Positions 9,976 through 19,196 of a stretch of 64,000 nucleotides of DNA are shown here, one piece after another; positions within the stretch are counted from its first letter, which is position 1, and every line of letters starts with the position of its first letter. The notes beneath the pieces are model-generated. The model had not been told where the DNA came from and searched no databases. It saw only the letters and a program-made list of their open reading frames with translations. The stretch spans positions 1 to 64,000 of the forward strand of contig JAZURI010000010.1 of NCBI GenBank assembly GCA_045606105.1. The letters run 5' to 3'. Source of the DNA: Spirochaetia bacterium (GTDB taxonomy: Bacteria; Spirochaetota; Spirochaetia; CADAEX01). The position numbers and the translations under genes were made by a program.

Positions 9976-11936
9976 GCTGTCCTTTTTTCCTTTTTAAACC
10001 TCATTACATGGAGAACAACTCCAAGCACTGTAAGACCCAGCATCACCAGGAATGCCGGATTTCCGCCGCCCACGATAAAGAAAGATACCGGAACCAGGAG
10101 GAAAATCAGGATTTCAACCAATGAGAGCTTTGTAAGCCAGAAGCGCTGAGGTATAATAATTACAGGGAACATGAAAATAAAGAATTCTACTGTATCCCTT
10201 ATTACATCAAGAATAGGTGCATTGAACAGAAGTCCCGGCCAGAATACGAACATGAACGGCAGAACGTAAATGAACGGAGCTAAAGTCATTGATGTCACAC
10301 CAACCTTAAGCGGATTAGCACCGGCAATACCTGCACCGACATATGCCGAAAGACATACAGGCGGGGTAATGGCTGAGAGAATTGCAAAGTAGAATACAAA
10401 CAGATGAGCTGCAACAAGAGGAGCACCCAGCTGAACGAGAGCAGGAACACCGAGAGCTGCAAGAACAATGTATGCTGCCAGTGTAGGAAGACCCATTCCG
10501 AGGATTACACACATGAGAGCTGTGAATAAAAGTCCTATGAGCAGGTTACCGTTGGCAACTGTAAGAATTCCGTATGCAAGACGCTCACCGAAACCGGTAA
10601 GAGACATGATACCTACGATCAGGCCGCATCCGGCACAGGATGTGGTGATAGGAATCATGATTTTTGAAGCAAGAGCCATTGCTTTCAGTATTTTTTTAAA
10701 TCCGACCCTTTTTTCCTTGAAAGGAAGATAGCTGACTACAAGTGCAACTATCGAAATCATTACCGCATACTGTGTACTGAACTGAAGAGCAAGAAGGATT
10801 ACAAGACAAGTAATCGGAATAAGAAGAGGAATGATTTTCTTTGTGGATTTCTTAAGATCAGGAAGTTCTGATTTAGGAAGTCCTGTCATTCCGGCCTTGC
10901 GGCTTCTTACATCTACAACAACAAACATACAGATGAAGTAAAGAACGGAAGGAATAAATGCAGCTATACAGATTGCCCAGTAGGTGTTTCCTGTATATTC
11001 TGCAATAACGAAAGCAGCAGCACCCATAATCGGAGGCATGAACTGTCCAGCTGTGGAAGCACAGGCCTCGATAGCGGCTGCAACATGCCGCTTGAATCCC
11101 ATGGAAATCATCAACGGAATAGTAACAGAACCTGTGGTTGCTACATTACCGCTGGAGCTTCCTGACAACATTCCCATAAAACCGCTGGAAACAACCGCCA
11201 CCTTTGCCGGTCCGCCGGTAAGATGACCTGCAAGAGCTTTGGAAAAGTCCATGAACAGGTTGGTTGCGTTTGAGATTTTCAGGAATGAAGCAAACAGCAT
11301 GAAGAATACAATCTGTGTACATCCTGTGGACATAAGGTCTCCGAGCATACCCTCTGTTCCGATAACAAGCTGAGTTACCAGATCAGATGGGGCAAAGCCT
11401 ACATGGGCAAATGCACGAGGCATATAAGGGCCCAGGAAACAATATGCAAGAAATATACCGCCTATAATTGACATTGCAAGACCTATTGTTCTCCTGATTG
11501 CCTCAAAAGTAAGAGCAAGAAAACAAAATGTAAATATTACTTCATAGGTCTGAGGTTCCGGATAAATATATAACGGAACCCATCTCAGTCTGGCCCATAC
11601 ACAGATTGCAATAATCAATGTAATGAGCGACAGATTGAACACCGTTTCTATTTTAGCATTTTTAAAGAACCCGGATGGATACACCATAAAAACAATAGTG
11701 TACATAAGCATGATATGTACCGGTCTTTGGATTGCCGGCGGAAAAGCGAAGGCAAAAATCTCAAAAACCGGAATACCGATAGCTATTACACCAATTACAA
11801 AAAGGAACTTTTTAATCCAATCGTGTTTAAAGAATGCAGTCACGCCCTTGAAATCGTCATCATCATAGATGTTGATTCCATTTTCTTTTTCGAGCTCTTC
11901 TAGTTCAGCTTTGTTGAATTTTTTAGCTTCGGCCAT
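9972..11936 (-). CDS. TRAP transporter fused 4TM/12TM permease (TAXI type)
   Basis: GGPAKVAVVSS, SGSSSGNVATTG, AIEACASTAGQFMPPIMGAAAF, ILGMGLPT, AITPPV. Confidence 0.93.
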   Translation of the reverse strand: MAEAKKFNKAELEELEKENGINIYDDDDFKGVTAFFKHDWIKKFLFVIGVIAIGIPVFEIFAFAFPPAIQRPVHIMLMYTIVFMVYPSGFFKNAKIETVFNLSLITLIIAICVWARLRWVPLYIYPEPQTYEVIFTFCFLALTFEAIRRTIGLAMSIIGGIFLAYCFLGPYMPRAFAHVGFAPSDLVTQLVIGTEGMLGDLMSTGCTQIVFFMLFASFLKISNATNLFMDFSKALAGHLTGGPAKVAVVSSGFMGMLSGSSSGNVATTGSVTIPLMISMGFKRHVAAAIEACASTAGQFMPPIMGAAAFVIAEYTGNTYWAICIAAFIPSVLYFICMFVVVDVRSRKAGMTGLPKSELPDLKKSTKKIIPLLIPITCLVILLALQFSTQYAVMISIVALVVSYLPFKEKRVGFKKILKAMALASKIMIPITTSCAGCGLIVGIMSLTGFGERLAYGILTVANGNLLIGLLFTALMCVILGMGLPTLAAYIVLAALGVPALVQLGAPLVAAHLFVFYFAILSAITPPVCLSAYVGAGIAGANPLKVGVTSMTLAPFIYVLPFMFVFWPGLLFNAPILDVIRDTVEFFIFMFPVIIIPQRFWLTKLSLVEILIFLLVPVSFFIVGGGNPAFLVMLGLTVLGVVLHVMRFKKEKRTA

Positions 11937-11950
11937 TGACTACTCCGTTT

Positions 11951-12916
11951 TTATTTAATGATTCCTTTTTCCTTGAAATATTTAAGAGCACCTGGATGCA
12001 TAGGAATAGGAAGACCGCTCTGTGGATCAGCTCTGTTTATCCATGGAACGTTACTTGGCATAGCATCTTCGAGGAAGTCCCAGTTTTCCCACCAAACTTT
12101 TGTAAACTCATAAGCCTGCTCTTCAGGAAGTGAATCAAGACACATTATGAAATATGTACTCTGGAACTGCTGTGCATCTGCAACACCGAATTCTGATCCG
12201 AAAATAGTAGAAGAGTAGTAAGGAAACTTTTCAATAAATTTCTTTGCAAGGGCATCGTCTGTAGGGAGGAATTTAACCTTTCTTGAAGTTGTGATTTCCT
12301 TAAGTTTTGAATGACCGTGTCCGAATGCATATACGAGACAATCTGCCTGACCGTCAATAAACATTCTGGTTGCATCATTTTTCATGATTCTGTAAATACG
12401 GGAATTCTGCTCGTTTACACCTGCCCAGCTAAGAAGTTCAAGGAAAGCTTCTCCGTCCGGTTCACCTTCTGCGAAAGTTGCAATACTTTTTCCCTTAAGA
12501 TCTGCAAGTGTATTGATTCCTGAATCTTCATTTACTACGATATTGAATACTCCCGGCCACAGACCGAAAAGAATTCTTACATTATGAGGCTTATCCCAAG
12601 GTTCATTACCTTCCAGAGCACCCCATGCACCCAATGGTTCACCAAGTGCCAGCTGAGCCTTTCCGTCAGCCATAGCCTTGATACTTTCATTTGTAAGTCC
12701 CGGAGAAGCACTGTTCATTGCGATAAAATTTGTATTATCGGAAATAAGCTTGGCAAATGCTGCACCGCAGGCATACCATGAGCCACCGATTGAGGATGAT
12801 TTGATAACTACAAATTCTTTGTCTTTCTTTGCACCGTCGCCTTCCGACTGTCCACCGGCAAAACAGATTCCGGCAGAAAGGAAGATACATAAAGCTACCA
12901 TTAAAATTCTTTTCAT
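11951..12916 (-). CDS. TAXI family TRAP solute-binding protein
   Basis: Signal peptide; GGSWY motif, SGINTLADLKGK, C-terminal PIPMHPGALKYFKE. Confidence 0.9.
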   Translation of the reverse strand: MKRILMVALCIFLSAGICFAGGQSEGDGAKKDKEFVVIKSSSIGGSWYACGAAFAKLISDNTNFIAMNSASPGLTNESIKAMADGKAQLALGEPLGAWGALEGNEPWDKPHNVRILFGLWPGVFNIVVNEDSGINTLADLKGKSIATFAEGEPDGEAFLELLSWAGVNEQNSRIYRIMKNDATRMFIDGQADCLVYAFGHGHSKLKEITTSRKVKFLPTDDALAKKFIEKFPYYSSTIFGSEFGVADAQQFQSTYFIMCLDSLPEEQAYEFTKVWWENWDFLEDAMPSNVPWINRADPQSGLPIPMHPGALKYFKEKGIIK

Positions 12917-13076
12917 ACTTTTTCTCCTTATAGTTTTTTTTATTTTAAAATCGATTTTTTAAAACCGTAAATGGGATATTTTCCTATTTGCCGGCCCAAT
13001 CCAACATTTTTTCCTACCTTAAATATTTTTCATAAAACTATGTAATTGTTTTAACGAAAATGATACAATCCATAAT

Positions 13077-13277
13077 ATGGATGATAAAAAAGTAGTTATA
13101 ATCAATGGGTTCACCCGTGACGAAACCATTGCCATCATGCGAGCTGTAAAGGATGCCATTACCTGTCCCGACCGGGTGGCCTTCTGCATGGGAAATGAAA
13201 ACAACCGTGAATGGAGAGTAAAGGACCTCATAAACGAGGTGGTGGAAGAACATAACAGAATGACCCGCAGGAGCTGA
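13077..13277 (+). CDS. small DUF3783-like protein
   Basis: Pattern VIINGF...VAF...ENNREWRVKDLINEVVEEH resembles DUF3783; extended -10 TGnTACAAT 7 nt before the ATG. Confidence 0.7.
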   Translation: MDDKKVVIINGFTRDETIAIMRAVKDAITCPDRVAFCMGNENNREWRVKDLINEVVEEHNRMTRRS

Positions 13278-13284
13278 TTTCCGC

Positions 13285-14436
13285 ATGACAGATTGGTTGG
13301 TCCGATTTTTCATCAAAGATACCTCAGACAGAACCGCTTTCGGCAAACTGGCCGGATTTGTCGGCATTGTGTGCAATGTCATACTCTTTGCAGGCAAGCT
13401 GCTTGCCGGTATCATAACAGGAAGTATAGCCATTCTGGCAGATGCGGCAAACAACCTGTCCGATGCCTCTGCAAACGTGGTCAGCCTTATAGGCTTCAGG
13501 CTTGCGGCAAAACCACCGGACCGGAAACACCCGTACGGTTATGCAAGATACGAATATCTGGCAGGGCTTACTGTTTCGGTAATGATTCTTGCCATCGGAA
13601 TTTCATTGGGAAAGGAATCCATTCTCAAGCTTATCCATCCGGAGGAAATAGTTTTTGATTATCTTTCCGTGGGAATCCTGGCCTCTTCCATACTGGTGAA
13701 GCTCTGGCTCAGCCATTTCAATGCCGTACTGGGGAAAAGAATCGATTCCGACACGCTGAAAGCTACCGCAGCCGACAGCAGGAATGATGTGATAAGCACA
13801 GCCGCCGTCCTTATCAGCATGTTTATCGGCCACCTGACCGGCTTTGTTTATACCGACGGAATAATGGGTATCTGTGTTGCGGCCTTCATTTTATACAGCG
13901 GTATAGAGCTGGTAAAGGAAACCTTGTCGCCGCTTCTGGGAGAAAGCCCTTCAGAGGAGCTGGTTCAGAATATAGAAAAGAAGATTCTTTCTTATCCGGG
14001 AGTCCTGGGAGTCCACGACCTGATGGTTCACGATTACGGACCGGGACATCAGTTTGCCTCCTTCCATCTGGAAATGCCGGCTGAAACCGATGTCATGATC
14101 AGCCATGACCTTATCGATAATATTGAGGATGATTTCTATAAGAATGACGGAATCCTGGTTTCCATCCATTTTGACCCGATAATTACTGCAGACAGCAGAA
14201 TCGGGGAGCTGAGACTGAAGGTGGCAGGATTGATAAAGGCCCTGAATGCCGATTTTTCAATCCACGATTTCAGGATAGTTGAGGGACCTACCCATACCAA
14301 TGTCCTTTTCGACCTGGTAATTCCGGCCGATTACAGGGAAAGCAAGGATGACCTTACAGTTCTTGTCGAAGATATAGTAAAGGGAATTGACAGCAGATTC
14401 ATTCCCAAGATCAAGATTGATCAGAGCTTTACATAG
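13285..14436 (+). CDS. cation diffusion facilitator (CDF) family transporter
   Basis: ADAANNLSD, KPPDRKHPYGYARYEY, DSRND, HDLMVHDYG. Confidence 0.92.
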   Translation: MTDWLVRFFIKDTSDRTAFGKLAGFVGIVCNVILFAGKLLAGIITGSIAILADAANNLSDASANVVSLIGFRLAAKPPDRKHPYGYARYEYLAGLTVSVMILAIGISLGKESILKLIHPEEIVFDYLSVGILASSILVKLWLSHFNAVLGKRIDSDTLKATAADSRNDVISTAAVLISMFIGHLTGFVYTDGIMGICVAAFILYSGIELVKETLSPLLGESPSEELVQNIEKKILSYPGVLGVHDLMVHDYGPGHQFASFHLEMPAETDVMISHDLIDNIEDDFYKNDGILVSIHFDPIITADSRIGELRLKVAGLIKALNADFSIHDFRIVEGPTHTNVLFDLVIPADYRESKDDLTVLVEDIVKGIDSRFIPKIKIDQSFT

Positions 14437-14444
14437 GAGAACGA

Positions 14445-14660
14445 ATGAACAACAAGATAAGCAGACTTGGATTTTTGTTTGTAGCTGTAGGATTTGTCTG
14501 TATTCTCAGCTTTGTGCTGCACCACAACTTTACAGGCGACCAGATAGAATACCTGATCAACCTGGGAATGTTTTCCATGGTTACCGGGCTGCTGATCCTG
14601 GCCTGCTGCTACGTGATATATGCATTTCAGAGAGTCTTCGGCAGATGGCTTAAAAAATAG
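14445..14660 (+). CDS. small two-helix membrane protein, function unknown
   Basis: AGGAG SD upstream; two hydrophobic segments; fills the gap between the CDF and rhomboid genes. Confidence 0.6.
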   Translation: MNNKISRLGFLFVAVGFVCILSFVLHHNFTGDQIEYLINLGMFSMVTGLLILACCYVIYAFQRVFGRWLKK

Positions 14661-15290
14661 TTACCGCCTGAACAGACGGTCTGCAGGATTTATCCTGAAG
14701 CGGACCATGAAATAGATATATGCAAACGCAAAGCCTGCAAGATGTGTCATATGGGCAACGCCGCTGTTCCTGCCGCTCATGTGGGACAGAATCTCGATAA
14801 CCGTGTATCCCAGCACCAGAAAAGGGGCTTTAACCGGCAAAACACCCATGATGTATATTACTGACCCCGGATAGATTACGGCATAGGCAAGAAGAACCGC
14901 AAAAACCGAACCTGATGCTCCGAGAAGAAAAACCCGGTAATATCCTGTATTTATGTAGATAAGATAAGAAAAAATCCCTGCAAGGATTCCGCAGACCATA
15001 TAGAAAAGGAGAAATTCCCTGCTTCCCATGGATCTTTCAACCTGTGTACCGAAAAAATAAAGACCCAGCATATTGAAGAAAATATGATTCATGCTTCCGT
15101 GGACAAACATATAGGTCACGAACTGCCAGTACATGCCGTGATGAGAAACATTCAAGGGATTCATGGCCAGATAGGACATAAGCTCCCGGTTCATCTGTGT
15201 CATCATGAAAATCACTGCATTGACGACAATTATATACAGACATACATTGCTGTAGGAATATTTCATTCTTCTGGTAAGAAGGTTCTTCAT
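14661..15290 (-). CDS. rhomboid family intramembrane serine protease
   Basis: WQFVTYMFVH-x4-HIFFNM, GASG (Ser), AHMTHLAG (His). Confidence 0.92.
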   Translation of the reverse strand: MKNLLTRRMKYSYSNVCLYIIVVNAVIFMMTQMNRELMSYLAMNPLNVSHHGMYWQFVTYMFVHGSMNHIFFNMLGLYFFGTQVERSMGSREFLLFYMVCGILAGIFSYLIYINTGYYRVFLLGASGSVFAVLLAYAVIYPGSVIYIMGVLPVKAPFLVLGYTVIEILSHMSGRNSGVAHMTHLAGFAFAYIYFMVRFRINPADRLFRR

Positions 15291-16342
15291 TTCTGTCCCC
15301 CGCCGGCCTGTTTAAGGAATGTATCGAAAATATAGCCGATAAGCTCAGCTGCTTCACAGGCTCTGCAGCCCGATAATATATCATATTTGCTTTTTTCCAG
15401 AATTGCAAATGCCTTTCGGCGGGCCATGGCTACTGCACCGGAGGAATCCAGCATGGAGATAGCCTCCTCTATGGCATCGCCGCTTTTTTCTATACCGTTG
15501 GCAGCCGCGTATTCAAAGATTCTTTCAAGACGGACCGTATCTCCCCCAAGAGAGGCAAAAAGAATAACCGGAAGACTCTTCTTTCCCTCAACAATATCAT
15601 CTCCCCGCTTCTTTCCCGGATTGCCGGTAACCAGGTTGGTAACATCGTCCAGAATCTGAAAGCCCACTCCCATGGCTTCGCAGGCCTTTCCCATGGAGGC
15701 AGCCACGGAATCGGAAGCACCTCCGGCCAGAGAACCAAGCTCCCCCGAAAGATGGGAAAGACCGCCTGTCTTGAAGCTGCACATGGCCATATATTCCTTT
15801 TCTGACGGAATATATCCCTTGTCATTGTGCCACTGGATGTCAAGCCCCTGCCCTATGTGCAGCCGGCTCATGCATTCGGAATAGCATCTGTAGGCCTTCA
15901 GCTTTATGTCATCGGAAAAACTGCTGCTGTCTATGAGGATATGCGGAAGAAAATAGAGAAAATTGGCAGTATTTACAGCCATGTCGGTTCCGTAGATAAG
16001 ATGAACTGCGGGAGCACCCCGTCTGAAATCAGAGGAATCCTCAATATCGTCCACAATCAAAGTCCCGTTATGAGGAAGCTCCACCAGCGGAGTCAGTGCC
16101 AGAATATCGTTATCGTCCCTGTACAGCTGATAAAAAAGCATCATGAGAACGGGACGCCATCTCTTTCCCCCTCTTGAAAGGAGATCAAGAGCAGGCTTGT
16201 TTATCCTGTCCAGAAAAGAATCGGGCACCTCAGTATCCCCCACCAGGGCCTTTTTCCATTCATTGTTTACTTTTTCGGGAAGAACTCTCTGTAAATATTT
16301 TTCAACTTCTGCTAATCTAATGCTATACTTTTCTTTCATCAT
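15287..16342 (-). CDS. polyprenyl diphosphate synthase (GGPP synthase-like)
   Basis: GGKRWRP, first Asp-rich motif DDIED-x4-RRG, GQGLD, FKT, second motif FQILDD, DIVEGKKS. Confidence 0.9.
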   Translation of the reverse strand: MMKEKYSIRLAEVEKYLQRVLPEKVNNEWKKALVGDTEVPDSFLDRINKPALDLLSRGGKRWRPVLMMLFYQLYRDDNDILALTPLVELPHNGTLIVDDIEDSSDFRRGAPAVHLIYGTDMAVNTANFLYFLPHILIDSSSFSDDIKLKAYRCYSECMSRLHIGQGLDIQWHNDKGYIPSEKEYMAMCSFKTGGLSHLSGELGSLAGGASDSVAASMGKACEAMGVGFQILDDVTNLVTGNPGKKRGDDIVEGKKSLPVILFASLGGDTVRLERIFEYAAANGIEKSGDAIEEAISMLDSSGAVAMARRKAFAILEKSKYDILSGCRACEAAELIGYIFDTFLKQAGGGQK

Positions 16343-16377
16343 GTATAATTTAATAAAGAAAGGGGATTTAATTCAAG

Positions 16378-16974
16378 ATGGCAAAAAAAGGAACCTGGGA
16401 CGACGATTTTTACACAAAGAAGGCACAGAAGGAGGGGTATCCTGCCCGTTCCGTATACAAGCTTCAGGAAATTCAGGCAAAATTCAATGTACTGAAGAAA
16501 GGGAGCCGGGTTCTGGATGTAGGTGCGGCACCGGGAAGCTGGACCCTGTATGTAATGAAAATGCTGGGCAACGAGGGTTTTCTTTCATCTATTGACCTTA
16601 AACCCCTTGCTGTCGAAATAAAAAATTCCAATTTCTTTTTTGTTCAGGGAGATGCCTTTGATCAGGAGAACATAAGGCTTCTGGCAGAAAAGGGTCCCTA
16701 TGATACGGTACTCAGCGATGCGGCCCCTTCCACCACAGGCAACAAGATTGTGGATACAGAACGTTCGATACAGCTGATTGAGTCTATATACAATACGGCA
16801 CTTCAGGTTCTGGCTCCGGGAGGAAGCTTTGTATTCAAGATGTTTCAGGGAGGCAAGGAGAAGGAACTGCTTGCAGACATGAAAAAGCATTTCAACTCTG
16901 TAAAGATTCTGAAGCCTCAGGCCACAAGACAGAATTCCTTTGAGACCTTCGTGGTGGGACAGGGAAGAAAATAA
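16378..16974 (+). CDS. rlmE: 23S rRNA Um2552 2'-O-methyltransferase (RlmE/FtsJ)
   Basis: GYPARSVYKL, DVGAAPGSW, SDAAP, KMFQG, KP-x2-TR-x2-SFE. Confidence 0.93.
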   Translation: MAKKGTWDDDFYTKKAQKEGYPARSVYKLQEIQAKFNVLKKGSRVLDVGAAPGSWTLYVMKMLGNEGFLSSIDLKPLAVEIKNSNFFFVQGDAFDQENIRLLAEKGPYDTVLSDAAPSTTGNKIVDTERSIQLIESIYNTALQVLAPGGSFVFKMFQGGKEKELLADMKKHFNSVKILKPQATRQNSFETFVVGQGRK

Positions 16975-17433
16975 TCAGGTTCTGCGGTTCCGGTCCCGGA
17001 CAACATTGCCCAGACCTATGGCAAGCGCAGCGGCAGCACCGATGGATGCAATGGTTTTAACCACATCCCTCACTTGCTTTGAATCCCGTTCCCCGTATCT
17101 GCACCAATGGGCAAAATGCTCGCAGTTATTGAAAACAAGATCGTACTCTCCCCTGCCGCGGCCCACGCGGGATCTGGCTCTGCGTACCACCTCATCGGGA
17201 GCAAATGGAGAAACCCTGCCGGTATACTCAACAGAAAGATCGGCCCCTTTCAGGAACTCAGCCAGGGAAGTTTCCACAATTTCAGCTCTTGAAGCATCAA
17301 GCTCGTTTCCGCCCAAAGCGGCAAAGTGGACAACCCTTCCGTTACCGACATAGATACCGTAATGTTTATAAAGCCCTCTGGATGCAAAGACTACATCACC
17401 GGGCAATGGCTGCTTTTCAATCAGTTCTTTCAT
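16975..17433 (-). CDS. LRAT-family (permuted NlpC/P60, H-box/NC) protein
   Basis: YKHYGIY, VVHF and YDLVFNNCEHFA; hydrophobic segment near the C-terminus. Confidence 0.85.
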   Translation of the reverse strand: MKELIEKQPLPGDVVFASRGLYKHYGIYVGNGRVVHFAALGGNELDASRAEIVETSLAEFLKGADLSVEYTGRVSPFAPDEVVRRARSRVGRGRGEYDLVFNNCEHFAHWCRYGERDSKQVRDVVKTIASIGAAAALAIGLGNVVRDRNRRT

Positions 17434-17470
17434 AATTCCAATATAGTCAAACTTTTACAGGAAGGCAAAT

Positions 17471-17499
17471 AAAAAAGGTGCCGTTGCCGACACCCTTTT
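17471..17499 (-). terminator. intrinsic terminator of dapB-dapA
   Basis: Minus strand GGTGTCG-GCAA-CGGCACC stem with GNRA loop followed by TTTTTT. Confidence 0.8.
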
Positions 17500-17525
17500 C
17501 AGATTTAAGTTTAAAAATCCTGTAA

Positions 17526-18404
17526 TCAGATAAGTCCCAGACCCTTCATTGCTGCATCCATAGCCTGCTTGCTGGCATCTGACATAGGGCAGAGAGGAAG
17601 TCTGTATGCTTCCTGGATCATGCCGGCCTTTGCCATTGCATACTTGATAGGTACAGGGTTTGTTTCGATGAATTCTGCTCTGAAGAAAGGAAGAAGTTCG
17701 TACTGGAGTCTCTTGGCTTCTGCCATATTTCCCTCCAGGGCTGCATTGCAGAGAGCGTTCATTTCCTTAGGAATGATGTTACTTGCAACAGACACGATTC
17801 CCTTTCCTCCCATTGCAATAAGGAGGTATCCCAGGTTGTCGTCTCCGGAGAGTACTTCGAAGCCTTCCGGTTTTGCGGCAATAAGGTTCATCATCTGGTT
17901 AACATCACCGCTGGCCTCTTTTACTGCCTGAATGTTAGGATGCTGAGCAAGGCGGAGCATTGTTGCATTATCAATGTTCTTTCCTGTTCTTCCCGGAATG
18001 TTATAAACCATCATAGGAAGATCAACTGCATCTGCGATTGTCATGAAATGGCGGTAGAAGCCTTCCATGCTTGGCTTGTTATAGTAAGGAGCTACCTGAA
18101 GGGATGCATCAACGCCGTAATCTTTGGCAATTTTTGTCATCCTGAGTGCTTCCTCTGTGGCGTTGGAACCTGTTCCTGCCACGATCTGAACCTTTCCCTT
18201 AGCCTGTTTAGCTACAAATTCAATAATCTTGAGGTGATCCTCGTGAATGATTGTAGGGCTTTCACCTGTTGTTCCCATAGGTGCGATACCTGCAACCCCT
18301 GATTCAATCTGCATGTCTACCAGATTCTTTAATGCACCCCAGTCAATTGAACCATCCATATTGAACGGTGTCACAAGGGCTGTGTATATTCCTTCGAATT
18401 TCAT
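17526..18404 (-). CDS. dapA: 4-hydroxy-tetrahydrodipicolinate synthase
   Basis: ALVTPF, GTTGES, PYYNKP, YNIPGRTG, KEASG (Schiff-base Lys), SGDD, ETNPVPIK. Confidence 0.95.
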   Translation of the reverse strand: MKFEGIYTALVTPFNMDGSIDWGALKNLVDMQIESGVAGIAPMGTTGESPTIIHEDHLKIIEFVAKQAKGKVQIVAGTGSNATEEALRMTKIAKDYGVDASLQVAPYYNKPSMEGFYRHFMTIADAVDLPMMVYNIPGRTGKNIDNATMLRLAQHPNIQAVKEASGDVNQMMNLIAAKPEGFEVLSGDDNLGYLLIAMGGKGIVSVASNIIPKEMNALCNAALEGNMAEAKRLQYELLPFFRAEFIETNPVPIKYAMAKAGMIQEAYRLPLCPMSDASKQAMDAAMKGLGLI

Positions 18405-18417
18405 TTTGTATATCCTC

Positions 18418-19161
18418 TTATGCTAAAGTTTCTTTTATAAAATCATCCACACTTAAAAAGCCGTGCTTGTCCTTAACCCATTCTGCTGCCATTACCGCAC
18501 CCAGGGCAAATCCGCTTCTGCTGCGGGCACTGTGGGTAATCTCGATGGTGTCTGCCAATGAATCCAGATATACGGTATGGATTCCCGGAATCTCTCCCCC
18601 TCTTGTGGAGGATACGTGAAGCTCATGATCTTCAATCCGTCTGTCCAGACACTGGGTTACAATTTCTGTCTTTCTGTTGTTGGCTGCCAGAATCTTTTCG
18701 GCCAGTGTAATGGCTGTTCCTGAAGGAGAGTCCTTCTTTCTCTTATGATGAAGCTCGTGTACCAGAATATCGTATTCAGGTACTGCATTTATCATGGCGG
18801 AAGCATAAGCTGCTATCTTGAACAGCATGTGGGCGCCGATGGAGAAGTTTGATCCCCATACAAAGCCGATTCCCGATTTCTCGATCATCTCCCTGATCTG
18901 ATCACGCTTGTCTTCCCAGCCTGTGGTACCGAAAACAACGGGAGTATTTCCCTTGGCATAGGCCTCACAGTTTTTAAGAACTGCTGCCGGCGATGAGAAG
19001 TCAATAACCACATCTGCATCTGCCAGTACAGCAGCTGATATCTCCTTATGGGCACCTTCTACGACAGGATCAACAATTCCTGCCAATGTATGTCCCCTGG
19101 AAATAAGGATTTTTTCAATCTCCTTACCCATGGAACCGTAACCTGATAATAAAATCTTCAT
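18418..19161 (-). CDS. dapB: 4-hydroxy-tetrahydrodipicolinate reductase
   Basis: GYGSMG, IDFS, GTTG, SNFSIG, ELHH-x2-KKDSPSGTA, GFALGA. Confidence 0.95.
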   Translation of the reverse strand: MKILLSGYGSMGKEIEKILISRGHTLAGIVDPVVEGAHKEISAAVLADADVVIDFSSPAAVLKNCEAYAKGNTPVVFGTTGWEDKRDQIREMIEKSGIGFVWGSNFSIGAHMLFKIAAYASAMINAVPEYDILVHELHHKRKKDSPSGTAITLAEKILAANNRKTEIVTQCLDRRIEDHELHVSSTRGGEIPGIHTVYLDSLADTIEITHSARSRSGFALGAVMAAEWVKDKHGFLSVDDFIKETLA

Positions 19162-19167
19162 GAGAAT

Positions 19168-19196
19168 ACTATATTATTTAAGAATCCTAAAGTCAA
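19168..19196 (-). promoter_or_regulatory. promoter for a probably leaderless dapB transcript, lying in the 3' end of the upstream gene
   Basis: TTGACT (19191-19196), 17 nt, TATAGT (19168-19173), 6 nt, ATG. Confidence 0.65.
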
